DNA from: Balamuthia mandrillaris
Taxonomy: Eukaryota
Assembly: GCA_031835245.2 (NCBI GenBank)
Contig: JAVKOQ020000054.1
Span: 1 to 64,000, forward strand
Length of the DNA: 64,000 nt
Direction: 5' to 3'
In this document: positions 1-10,504 of the stretch, in pieces
How positions within the stretch are numbered: position 1 is the first letter of the stretch
Layout of the letters: every line of letters starts with the position of its first letter
Made by a program: the position numbers and the translations under genes
Notes under the pieces: model-generated
Seen by the model: the letters and a program-made list of their open reading frames with translations, nothing else
Databases searched by the model: none
What the model was told of the DNA's origin: nothing

Positions 1-234
1 TGTTGGTAAAATCACCAACACTTATCTCAAGACTCCTCATGTTGGATCCGTCCCGGACCCTCAGCTCTCCTTTCTTTTGTATCCCCCATCCTTCCTTTCT
101 CCCTTTTCCCCTTTCTCTCGTGTACTTTGAAGCAACGTCGGAGATTCACTCTCGTTGTCCTTCCTCTATTCTCTTGAATACACTCCTTGTCTCGTCACCG
201 ACTCTTTCCTTCCTAAGGTTGGATTCAACCAACA
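1..234 (+). repeat. 5' LTR
   Basis: Appears identical by eye to 4949-5177 over 229 nt. Starts TGTTGGT and ends TTCAACCAACA, followed by T8. Confidence 0.93.
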
Positions 235-286
235 TTTTTTTTGACTTACATAAGTGATTCAAATCCCCTCTTGCGCTACGCACATC

Positions 287-3200
287 ATGGAAGCCACAGC
301 CGCTCTCGACACCCTCCGTGAACAGCTTCGCAAGGCACAACAGGAGTACCTCCACATGCTCCAACAATCTTTTCAACTTGAGCTCGACATCCCCAGCTGT
401 CCCGAGACTGAACGCGTCGCCAAAGAAGAAGAACAGCGCAAGTTAGACGAAGTCGCAGAACACACTAGAAAGGCCATGGAACGGTTACAACAACGTATAG
501 ACAGCTTTGCTATTTTCCTCGCATCCACCTCGGCCACACTAGGCAATTCTTCCACATGCAACACTTCCGCTGCCGCTGTTTCTCCTCCCTCGCCCGTTCC
601 ACAGATCTCTCCCATACAGTCACCTCGTTCGAGTTCACCCTCTCCCGTTGACGTTTCCGTCAACAACACAACTGCTTCCAACAGCACACACGTTGCCTCT
701 GTCCCAGAAACACAGAACAACACAACTACTCCTTCCCCTCCTACTCAGAAGAAAATGCCTCGCCTTCCCCCCGGACTACCTAAGTTCGACGTCAGCAAGC
801 GCCAGGACCCCGCTCTTCACACCATGGAACTGGAGTATCACCTCAACGCCTACAACTACCCTGAGGATAGATGGACGCAAGCCCTCATCACCACCCTTGT
901 TGGAGACGGACGTCTTTGGGCCATTAGCGCTCTACGAGACCAACCATGGAACGTCGCCCGAGACCTCTTCCATCGGCACTACCACCTTCCAGACATCGAG
1001 GCCACAACGATTGAGGCCGTCACGTCGTTTCGACAGAAGCCTGGCGAAAGCGTTCATCAACTCATCGATCGGTATTCTGTACTCTGTAATCGTCTTCCTG
1101 ACACCTTCTACGACTACCTCAAAGCCTTCTTCTTTGGACGAGCCCTTCTTCCCCACATCAAGTCGAAGTACAAGCAACAGACTCTTCGCAACAAGCCACA
1201 AGACGTCATCGCTGCTTTCGAGCTCGCAGTCCTCATAGAAGCAGAGTTTCCACAACCTTCTTCGAAAGATAAAGGTCACAGCAAATCACCTCAAAGGCAA
1301 TCACAGTTACCCCACACTATCGGTGCTGTTTGCGCACACTGCAAAACACGCAACCACACGGAAGATCAGTGCCAAAAAAAGGCCCGCAAGCTACAACGGC
1401 AGTCTTCTCCAGCTACGTCTGCTACACCAGCCTTATCTTCTGCTCCCACAACACGCAACCCCACGTCAACACTGCCGCAACAAACACGCGCGCAACTACC
1501 AGCACGCCAGTCCTCTCCCAGCTCACGTTCCCTCAACTCCATGTCTTCTACGCAACAACAGAGCAACACACCCGCTCCTGCCGCTGAGCAGCAAGACTCT
1601 ATCGGAGATGAAGAGGAGTACGACGAGTTCTATGAGTCACAACGGGCTCTCAACTCTATCACCGTCACTGACGATATGCCTGGACCCAACGACCCTATCT
1701 GTGCCCCGATGACCATCAACGGCCGTCGAGTCACCGCTGTCATAGATTCTGGCGCCAGCCACTCCTTTATGGACCCTTCCATTGTTGACTTAGTTCGTGC
1801 CAAAACCAAGCAAGCCAACTACATGGTCAAACTCGGACACCGTGAAACCACCGCTACATGTGCCGCCGAAACGGAGCCACTCGCTATTGGCTTCGGCGAA
1901 TGCTGTTTCCATCACATGTTCTCCGTGTTGCCTCAACCAGATGGTCAATCGATCATCCTGGGCCGCGACTTCATGCGCAAGTCCGGCATGGGCATTACAG
2001 ACATCCCAATCGACTACCCTGAGGAACCACTACCTCGCTCCAAGGACCACGACATCACCCGACGCCAACATCAACGTTTGGTGAAAGCTGTCAAGGAACA
2101 CATCCGCAAGCGTATTCTCGAAGCCATCGAGAAATACCTCCAGGAGAATGAGGCTCTACCGACAGGACCTTCCTGTACCCTCCCCGAAGCGGTTCTCCAT
2201 CTGGACACTGGAGACCACCCTCCTGTCTTTCGCCACCAATACCCCATCCCACACCATTTAATGCTCGTTATCGATCTGCAAGTGGCGGAATGGCTGCGTA
2301 CCGGCGTCATCGTGCTCGCCCCACCCGACAGTCCCTGGAACTCTCCTCTCACCGTCGTACCCAAGAAGGACGCTGACGGCAACGTCACCCAGTGGCGTGT
2401 CTGCATCGATCCGCGCCTTCTGAACAAGCTCCTTTTGGACCTCACATACCCAATCCCTACTATCCGCAGCATCATCTCCAAAGTGCAAGGCTTTTTCATC
2501 GCCTCCGCCCTCGACCTTATCTGGTCTTACACACAATGCCCCATTGCTCCTGAAGACTGCGTCAAAACTACATTCACATGGAACGGTCGTCGTTACATGT
2601 TCGTCGCCGCCATTTTTGGCATCAAAATCGTTGCACAGCACTTCCAGCGCCTCATGGACGTTGTCACTGCCGCTATTGCCGAGTTCACTTCCCATTACAT
2701 CGATGATCTCGCTGTCGTTTCCCAAAGTGTGGAAGAACATATCGAGCACCTTATCCGCGTTATCCTCACTCTCACCGCCGCGGGACTCCGTATCCGTCGG
2801 GAGAAGTGTCAGTTCGGGTACAAACGCCTCTGCATCCTCGGTTTTATCATCGACTGCAGCAACATCCTTCCCGACCAACGCAAGCTCTCCACCTTCGCAC
2901 TTCTCGAAGTACCTTCCACCAGCAAACAAATGCAATCCTTCCTTGGCTTTGCAGGCTACCTTCGCGACTTCATTCCCATGTTCGCCCAACTCGTTCGGCC
3001 CCTTGACACCCTCCGGTACATCAAGGATGTCCGTCCCCATTGGAACCAAGACTGCCAGGACGCCTTTGACGCCCTCACACACATCTTATCCAACCCACCT
3101 GTGCTCTCACTCTATGACCCATCCTTACCTCTTTTGGTTGGCACCGATGCCTCCCAATTCGGTGTTGGCGCTGTCCTTTACCAGATCGGACCCAACAACA

Positions 3201-4937
3201 AGCACTGGTACATCGCGTTCGTGAGCAAGGCTCTCAACCCTGCCCAACGCAACTATCCTGCCACCAAACGAGAGATGCTCGTCATCCTCTTCGCCGTCCG
3301 CTCCTTCAGCGATTGGCTCTATGGCAACAAGTTCATGATCTTTTCTGATCACAAGGCTTTGTCCTACCTCTTCACTTCTAACAGTAAAAAACTACACCCT
3401 CAACTATTGGGCTCTCCTCATCTCCGAGTACAACTTCGAGATCGTCCACCGCCCTGGCGTTCACATGATCCTTGAGGACTGTCTCTCTCGGCTGTACCCG
3501 CGCTCCTTCTGGGACAACGGTGGTCTTACACCTCCCTCCATCCCTCTTGACGCCCCTCGCTTGGCTCAGCACAAACCCCGCGACCTCAAGGCTCTCGCCT
3601 TGGTTGACAACTCCCCATCCACAGCCAAATCCGCTCTTAACAGGCACATCAAGGGCAGACTCAGCAAACAACTCCCTTCCACCTCCAAACGGAAACACCT
3701 CCTGCAGCTGTTCCACACAGAAGGACATCACGGAGCAGAAACCTTGTTCGTCAAGATCTGGAATGAAGGCTATTACTGGCCTACTCTTCGTGCTGACTGT
3801 TCCCGCACTTGCCTACAATGCAATGACTGCCTTAAGCACAACGTCACCAAACACGGCTTTCATTCCCTCAAAACCATCCACGCCACTTACCCCTTCGATC
3901 ACGTCGCCATCGATCTGTTTGGCCCACTTCCCACTTCTTCCAAAGGCTTCAACTACGTTCTGGTCACCACAGACATCGCTACCGGTTCCACTTCCCTCCG
4001 CCCAATCCACGCCAAGACTGCTAAAGACGTGGCCCGCACCCTGTATCAAGTCGTCTCTGATTTCGGTCTCCCTAAGATCCTTCAGTCAGACAACGGCACT
4101 GAGTTCGTCAACGCGATCATCAAAGCTCTCAAGACACTCTCTGGCTTTGAGCACCGGTTCATCTTGGCCTATCATCCTCGAGCCAACGGAGCTGCAGAAA
4201 GCCATGTCAAGCTGGCCCGCAACACCCTTAACAAGCTCATTAACAGTGATTGGTCTCACTGGCACACCTTTCTTCCTGCTGCCCAATACGCAATCAACCA
4301 ACGCGTCACCCATCGTCACAAGTCTTCCCCTTTCCAACTGTTCTTTGGTCGCCCAGCTACCACTCCACAAGACTATTCTTCTTCCTCCTCCCAGCTTCCT
4401 ACCGAAACTCTCCTCTTGGAGAATGCCAAGCAAATGCATGATATTGTCTACCCGGCATCAGCATCTTCTACCCGGAAGCACAGCTCCAACATCAAGGCTC
4501 AACATGATTCCTCTAAGCCACTCCGCGAATTTTCCACTGGTTCCAAAGTCATGCTACGCAAGCCTCCCAGGTCTCCCAAGTCTCTTCCTGAGTACTCTGG
4601 CCCCTACACAGTTATCCGCCGCAATCGTGGTGGTGCATATCTCCTCCAGGACAGCACCAGTGTTACCCTCCCAGACAAATTCAGCCCCAACCAGCTGAAG
4701 CTCGTTGCCCCCCCAGAGGACTCGACTACTAATGAACTCCTGCCAGATGAGTACGAAATAGATGAAATCCTTGATCACAAAGGCCCAGCCAATAAGCGTG
4801 AATACTTTGTTCACTGGAAAGGCTACCCACATTCTGACAACCAATGGATCCCTGCTAAAGATGTTCATGCTCCCAAACTCGTCAAACGTTATTGGGATCT
4901 CCTCAAACAATCTTCTTCACCTTCCACTTCTTCTTAA
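287..4937 (+). CDS. Gag-Pol polyprotein, single ORF broken by a +1 frameshift at ~3375-3392
   Basis: Gag zinc knuckle CAHCKTRNHTEDQC; protease AVIDSGASHSF; RT YIDD; RNase H TDAS...SDHKAL continuing in another frame as YWALLISEYNFEIVHRPG; integrase HHCC, D-D-E (IDLFG, SDNGTEF, NGAAES) and GPY; chromodomain EYEIDEILDHK...YFVHWKGY. Confidence 0.95.
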
Positions 4938-4948
4938 GAGGGGGAGTA

Positions 4949-5178
4949 TGTTGGTAAAATCACCAACACTTATCTCAAGACTCCTCATGTTGGATCCGTC
5001 CCGGACCCTCAGCTCTCCTTTCTTTTGTATCCCCCATCCTTCCTTTCTCCCTTTTCCCCTTTCTCTCGTGTACTTTGAAGCAACGTCGGAGATTCACTCT
5101 CGTTGTCCTTCCTCTATTCTCTTGAATACACTCCTTGTCTCGTCACCGACTCTTTCCTTCCTAAGGTTGGATTCAACA
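4949..5178 (+). repeat. 3' LTR
   Basis: Follows the polypurine tract plus TA; ends GGATTCAACA. Confidence 0.93.
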
Positions 5179-5591
5179 TCTTCATCCTCTGTTGACAACT
5201 ACCACTGCTGATTATCATCCTCCTCGACATTGCGGTTTGTTACTGCTCATCTGATTTTTGTTTTTTCTTTTGTTTTTTCTTTGGCTGGGCTGGCTGCCTG
5301 ACCAGCATCAATAAACCACTACCACCATCACCACCACCATCACCACTACCACTTGATGGACTGACTTGCTCTCTTTTTGGTTCTTTTCATCCTCACTCCC
5401 TTGCATGCATACAGTTATTGCTCCAGAGCTAGTTACCAAAGAAGCATTTCACAATCTATCCCCAGATGCTTTGCAACAATCCAACTGGTCTTCAGATACC
5501 AACTATCAGAGTTTTATTCATGCTGTTCGCCAACAGTTTGTTTGTGTGTTGTTTGTTTGTTTTGTTTGCATAGTATCCACCACCATCACCA

Positions 5592-5593
<2 letters not shown>

Positions 5594-5623
<30 letters not shown>

Positions 5624-5632
5624 TTATCTATC
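5594..5632. repeat. (TCTA)n microsatellite
   Basis: Tandem TATC units seen directly. Confidence 0.9.
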
Positions 5633-5713
5633 CAGTCAGTCATGGCTTGTTTGTTTGCTTGCTTGCTTGCTTGTATTCAAAAATGCACCCTTAGACCTAG
5701 CGCTCAGCTAGAA

Positions 5714-7132
5714 CGCACAGGTTTATTGTGGCAGCAGCAACATTCATAGTCTAAACAATAATTGTTATAATTGGTCTTGGTTCATTTGTTCTTCTTTTGA
5801 CATTCACTCACACTTTGTTTTTTGTCTCTTTCTTTCTCTCTCTTTCCCTCTTTTTTTCTTTATTTTTTTCTCTTTTTCTTCTTTTACACTGCTTCTTTAG
5901 GTGGTTCATGAAATTAACAGATTAACCTACCAAAGATCAACAACAACAATTTTATTGCTCCTTATGACTTGAATGTTGTACAACTTGGGTAGAAAATCAT
6001 CCAAATGAGTTTGATAAGAATGTGTTAGCTGAAGTTGCAGCAACTTTTCAGGCCAAAAACAAATCTTCTCTTCATTGATTGAATATTCATCATCAGCTTT
6101 GCCGTCAACACATCTCTGGCATTCTGCAAAGCTTTTTCAGTGGCTTGAATGAGCTGGTGGATGAGTTTGTAGCTCCTGTACTTCCCAAGTTGGTCAACGG
6201 ATCACCCATTCACAAAGCATTCCTCACCCCTCGTCAAGAGCAATCATCCTCTTCCCTTTGTTGACGGGGGATAAACCCTGCGGATCAAGAAAGGGATGGC
6301 ACGTAAGCGACTCTGGGTTTATTCACAAGAAAAGAGGTGTGGACCAAAGTGTGTGCTTTGAGTGTGTCGTGAGGAAAAAGGGAAAATAAAAAGGGGTGAG
6401 AGAATTCGGGGTATCCAGGGAAAGTGTCGACAGGAAGTCATAATGACGCGAATTGTTGGTTTTCCAACACCTTGCTTCTCTCGATGATGACAATGACAAG
6501 AGTCGTGACTCAAAAAAACAAACACCACAACGACAACGACTTCGCAGAGCGCTTCAGCGACAACAATTGTTATCCAGTCGACTCAAATATCGAAAGAATG
6601 GCCATTGGCAACGGATCGCTTGGCAGGCACCAGAAATCCGTAGACTTGTCACTTGGTGCTTGCGTGATGAATGGTCTTGGTTGTAGATTGCCAAACACTT
6701 GCCTACCCAACATCAAACCAACAATGATTGCTATGATAAATGGCGCAATCTCCTCACAGAATTCTCCAACAATCTGGGCGCTTTGAAGGCCAAATACTTG
6801 GTGGCCCACGATGAGGACTTTGACAAATCGGATGATGATGATGATAATGACAACACTTGCTTCCCATCATCATCTCCTACTTCTACTACCACTACAGTTA
6901 TATCCATCTTGGATGAAGAGGAAGAGACAAAGGAGAATGATGATGATGATGATGATGATGATATTATGATTATATCTTGTTAAATTATATAGGTATTCCT
7001 ATACAAAAATTGAAAAAATTGCTACTTTGACCCACTTTATCCGTTAGACTTATAGACTTAGAGTTTTATAGAATGGACCATGGGGAGTTGAATGCCGTAG
7101 GTTCTGAGTACCCGCCCCTAACCCTAACCAAG
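5714..7132 (+). mobile_element. Repeat unit copy A: intron-containing Myb/telobox-like pseudogene ending in (CCCTAA)2CC
   Basis: Aligns to 7779-8979. In-frame stops plus a solo-LTR insertion; encodes ...NDCYDKWRNL and an acidic tail. Confidence 0.7.
6259..6469 (-). mobile_element. Solo LTR (211 bp) of a related family
   Basis: Absent from copy B; TG...CA ends; 4-bp CCTT target duplication at 6255-6258 and 6470-6473. The minus strand starts TGTTGGAAAACCAACA, contains AATAAA and ends TCAACA. Confidence 0.9.
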
Positions 7133-7778
7133 TACATATAAAATACTTTACCTTTGCACTTGGTTGTAAGCCCACTATCACCTGACTTTTGCTTTTTTGT
7201 TTTTTTCCCTTGGGAGTGGCTTTTCCCTTTATCCCCTTTCACACACACTTGCAGCAGTTTCTTTCTTCTTTCTTTTACTTTTTTTTCTGCTTGCTTATTG
7301 GTATTTAAGCCAACAATGCCAAAAAATGCCAAATTTTGAATGGATTATTTGGGATAAATTCTGTCCGCTTGAGGTTCAAAAAATTAATTTCTCCGCACCA
7401 TAGCATTTACTGTTATTAAAAGTAAGTTCGTTGGAAAGAGCACATTTCATTCTACAAAAACCTTTTTTATTTTATTTTTTACTTGAAATACATCATAATA
7501 ATTGCTATCCTATCACATTTTTCCATAATGGCTGCTGTTTCTGCCAACAATTCGCAAAGTCCTAGATTTGATTGGCACCGCTGCGCCAAAACGGTGCAGT
7601 CGGCGCAGCTTTTTGCAGCTTCAAATGCTCCATCACATTGTATTCACATGCAAAATGGTTGACAATCCCATTATCTACAGCTTTTCCCCTTCAAAAGGAT
7701 ACTTTGTTCAAGATCGTAACTTTAAATGTGATCTAGAAAGGCTCTTACCAAAAATGGTAATGGTCCCCTAACCCTAAC

Positions 7779-8979
7779 CGCACAGGTTTATTGTGACAGT
7801 AGCAACATTCATAGTCTAAATAATAATTGTTATAATTGGTCTTAGTTCATTTGTTCTTCTTTTGACATTCACTCACACTTTGTTTTTTGTCTCTTTTCTC
7901 ATTTTCTTTCTTTTCCTCTTTCTTTCTCTCGCTTTCTCTTTCTCTCTTCTTCTTTTACACTGCTTCTTTAGGTGGTTCATGAAACGAACAGATTTGCCAA
8001 CCAAAGATCAACAAATACGATTTTATCGCTCCTTGTGGCTTGAATGTTGTACTGCTTGGGTAGAAAATCATCCAGATGAGTTTGATAAGGATGTGCTAGC
8101 TGAAGCTGCAGCCACCTATGAGGCCAAAAACAAATCTCCTCTTTGTTGGCCCAATATTCATCGCCAGCTGTGCTGTCAACACATCTCTGGCATTCTGCAA
8201 AGCTTTTTCAGTGGCTTGAATGAGCTGGTGGATGAGTTTGTAGCTCCTGTACTTCCCAAGTTGGTCAACGGATCACCCATTCACAAAGCATTCCTCACCC
8301 CTCGTCAAGAGCAATCATCCTCCTCCCTTGCTTCTCTCGATGATGATGATGACAAGAGTCCTGACTCAAAAAAACAAACACCACGACGACAACGAGTTCG
8401 CAGAGTGCTTCAGCGACAACAATTGTTATCCAGTCGACTCAAATATCGAAAGAATGGCCATCGGCAACGGATCGCTTGGCAGGCACCAGAAATCCGTAGA
8501 CTTGTCACTTGGCGCTTGCGTGATGGATGGTCTTGGTTGGAGATTGCCACACACTTACCTACCCAACATCGAACCAACAATGATTGCTAAGATAAATGAT
8601 GCAATCTCCTTACAGAATTCTTCAACAATCTGGATGCTTTGAAGGCTAAATACTTGGTGGCCCACGATAAGGATTTTGACAAATCAGATGATAATGATAA
8701 TGACAATACTTCCTCTCCATCATCATCTCCTATTTCTACTATCACTACCGTTATATCCATCTTGGATGAAGAGAAAGAGACAAAGGAGAATGATGATGAT
8801 GATGATGATATAATGATTATATTTTATTAGATTATATAAGTATTCCTATACAAAAATTGAAAAAATTGCTACTTAGACCCACTTTATCTATTAGACTTAT
8901 AGACTTAGAGTTTTATAGAATGAACCATGGGGAATTGAATGCTGTAGGTTCTGAGTACCCGCACCTAACCCTAACCAAG
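7779..8979 (+). mobile_element. Repeat unit copy B: Myb/telobox-like pseudogene flanked by CCCTAA motifs
   Basis: ORF reads RQRIAWQAPEIRRLVTWRLRDGWSWLEIATHLPTQHRTNNDC then stops. CCCTAACCCTAACC at 7766-7779 and CCTAACCCTAACC at 8964-8976. Confidence 0.7.
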
Positions 8980-9752
8980 GGCTGGCTGCCGTGGCGTTGG
9001 AGCTGCTGGGCTACAGCACGGACCAGAGCTTCTCCGTGATAAGCCTGGGCAACGCCATTCCAAGCCACAGTGCGGAGCCCAACAGCTTTGGCATTCGGTG
9101 GATCCAAGTTACCTACTTCTTGTTCGTTTTCGTGGTGCCGCTCCTTCACTTGGTCACTTAGTTGACGTTGTGGCTGCTGCCCCTCCGTCCTATCTTCCAA
9201 CGACTCTTGTTTCTCGTGTCGGAAGTGCTGAATGCCTGGTCCTCTCTGGAGGTCTTTATCGTCTCCATCGTCGCCGCGCTGCTCCAGATAGACCAGTTTG
9301 CTGAATTCATTGTTGGAGACAAGTGCGAAGCCATCGACGACATTGTGGAACAGTACCTCAAGAACTTCTTACACGGCGAGCCAGCGACTTGCTTCTCCGT
9401 CGTGGCAACGTTGCAGTGGGGATGCTGGCTCCTCTTCATAGCATGCTTGGTCTACCAGCTTGCCGCCTTCTTGGTGATGCGTCTCTGCCACAAGATCATG
9501 GAAGAACGAGAGCATCAGGCCTTTCGTGCTTCTCTCAACTCGCACACCGCAGCTTCCTCTTCCTCATCTTCTGGTTCTGCTTCTCCCTCCTCTTGGCCCC
9601 TTTCCTCACTGCAGGGCGGAAATGAAGAAGAGACGTTGCAACAGACGAAAGCTATTTTGGACGAGATGAAGGACAGCCGCTGCGGGCCTGCCATTCGTTA
9701 TGTTTGCTTGTTGCTGCGTTTGGTGAGGGAAGAAGAAAAAGAGGTAGACTGA
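8976..9752 (+). pseudogene. 5'-truncated PqiA-like (paraquat-inducible protein A domain) membrane protein
   Basis: Frame runs from the repeat junction (GLAAVALELL...) with an in-frame TAG at 9159-9161; motif AWSSLEVFIVSIVAALLQI; no start codon. Confidence 0.6.
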
Positions 9753-9785
9753 GTCGATTGATATTTCTATTGTTTTAAAACAGAG

Positions 9786-9945
9786 CTGTAGACATCAAAA
9801 TAACATCACCAACTAGCATACTTTTGCGGATGGATCAAAAACCATAGCACTAAACCATCGTCCGCCCACGGCACCCCGCAACATCCCTGTCGGCTCCATT
9901 GGGCAACGCTACACAACAAGACGCCGCAGGAGAATGTTGCGCGCT
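9786..9945 (-). ncRNA. Putative omegaRNA scaffold / right end of a Fanzor2-type element
   Basis: Directly downstream of and overlapping the TnpB-like stop. Stems CGCAACATTCTCCTG/CAGGGATGTTGCG and GCGGA...TCCGC; TGATGT direct repeats 11 bp apart before CTACAG. Confidence 0.55.
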
Positions 9946-10180
9946 CCATTTACATCTCGATCCAGTCGTGTCCCACAGTCCCTATGTTCACACTCAAAGA
10001 TCCGGTTTCGTTGGTTGGTTAGCTTTTGTTCGTGGGTCACACGAAGCCACCGAGCACAGGTTTGCTTGTCCAAGCCTCTGAGCGTACATAGACCTTTGCC
10101 CTTCCCTGGCCTTATGCATCAATCATTGGCGGAATCGAAAGTGAGCCCAGGAAAAACATCCTGGCTGGTTGCTTGCTGTT
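9909..10180 (-). pseudogene. Decayed Fanzor2/TnpB nuclease C-terminus (zinc finger and RuvC-III)
   Basis: Manual minus-strand translation across frameshifts: SWAHFRFRQ*LMHKARE / VYVRSEAWTS / TCARW...RIFECEHRDCGTRLDRDVNGARNILLRRLVV*. Confidence 0.88.
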
Positions 10181-10504
10181 CTAATAGAAGTCAGCAGCCA
10201 ACTTGTTCAAGCAAAAACACATTCCCTCTCTTTCTCGCACAAAAGGAAGACAGAACAAAAGGAGAAAGCGGAGCAAAAAAAAAAGATCTCAGCCAGGTGA
10301 TGGATAACAATTAGTTAGGAAAAAAGAGAGGAAGTATCGCAATTCACAACTTTTCCGTAATGGTACTGCCAATCAAAAAGCGACACGTGCGCAGCAAATA
10401 AATGATTTCGAGCACTAATTGTAACTGCTGCCTTTGTTTCGACCCTCTTTTTGGTCGTCTTTTATACTGGACAGAGTAAGAACAACAAGAATAATAACAC
10501 ACCA

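Larger units (their letters stand above)
1..5178 (+). mobile_element. Ty3/Gypsy chromovirus-type (Skipper-like) LTR retrotransposon, near intact
   Basis: Direct LTRs at 1-~234 and 4949-5178 with TG...CA ends; polypurine tract AAGAGGGGGAG at 4936-4946; internal order gag-PR-RT-RH-IN-chromodomain. Confidence 0.97.

Noticed and set aside
3472..4698. 408-aa alternative-frame ORF within the integrase
   Set aside because: Ser/Pro/Thr-rich shadow frame caused by C-ending codon bias; no motifs.
7061..7462. Recombinase-site-like motif pair (CATTCTAYAAAA) in inverted orientation
   Set aside because: Only about half the motif matches in AT-rich DNA, and no recombinase is seen.
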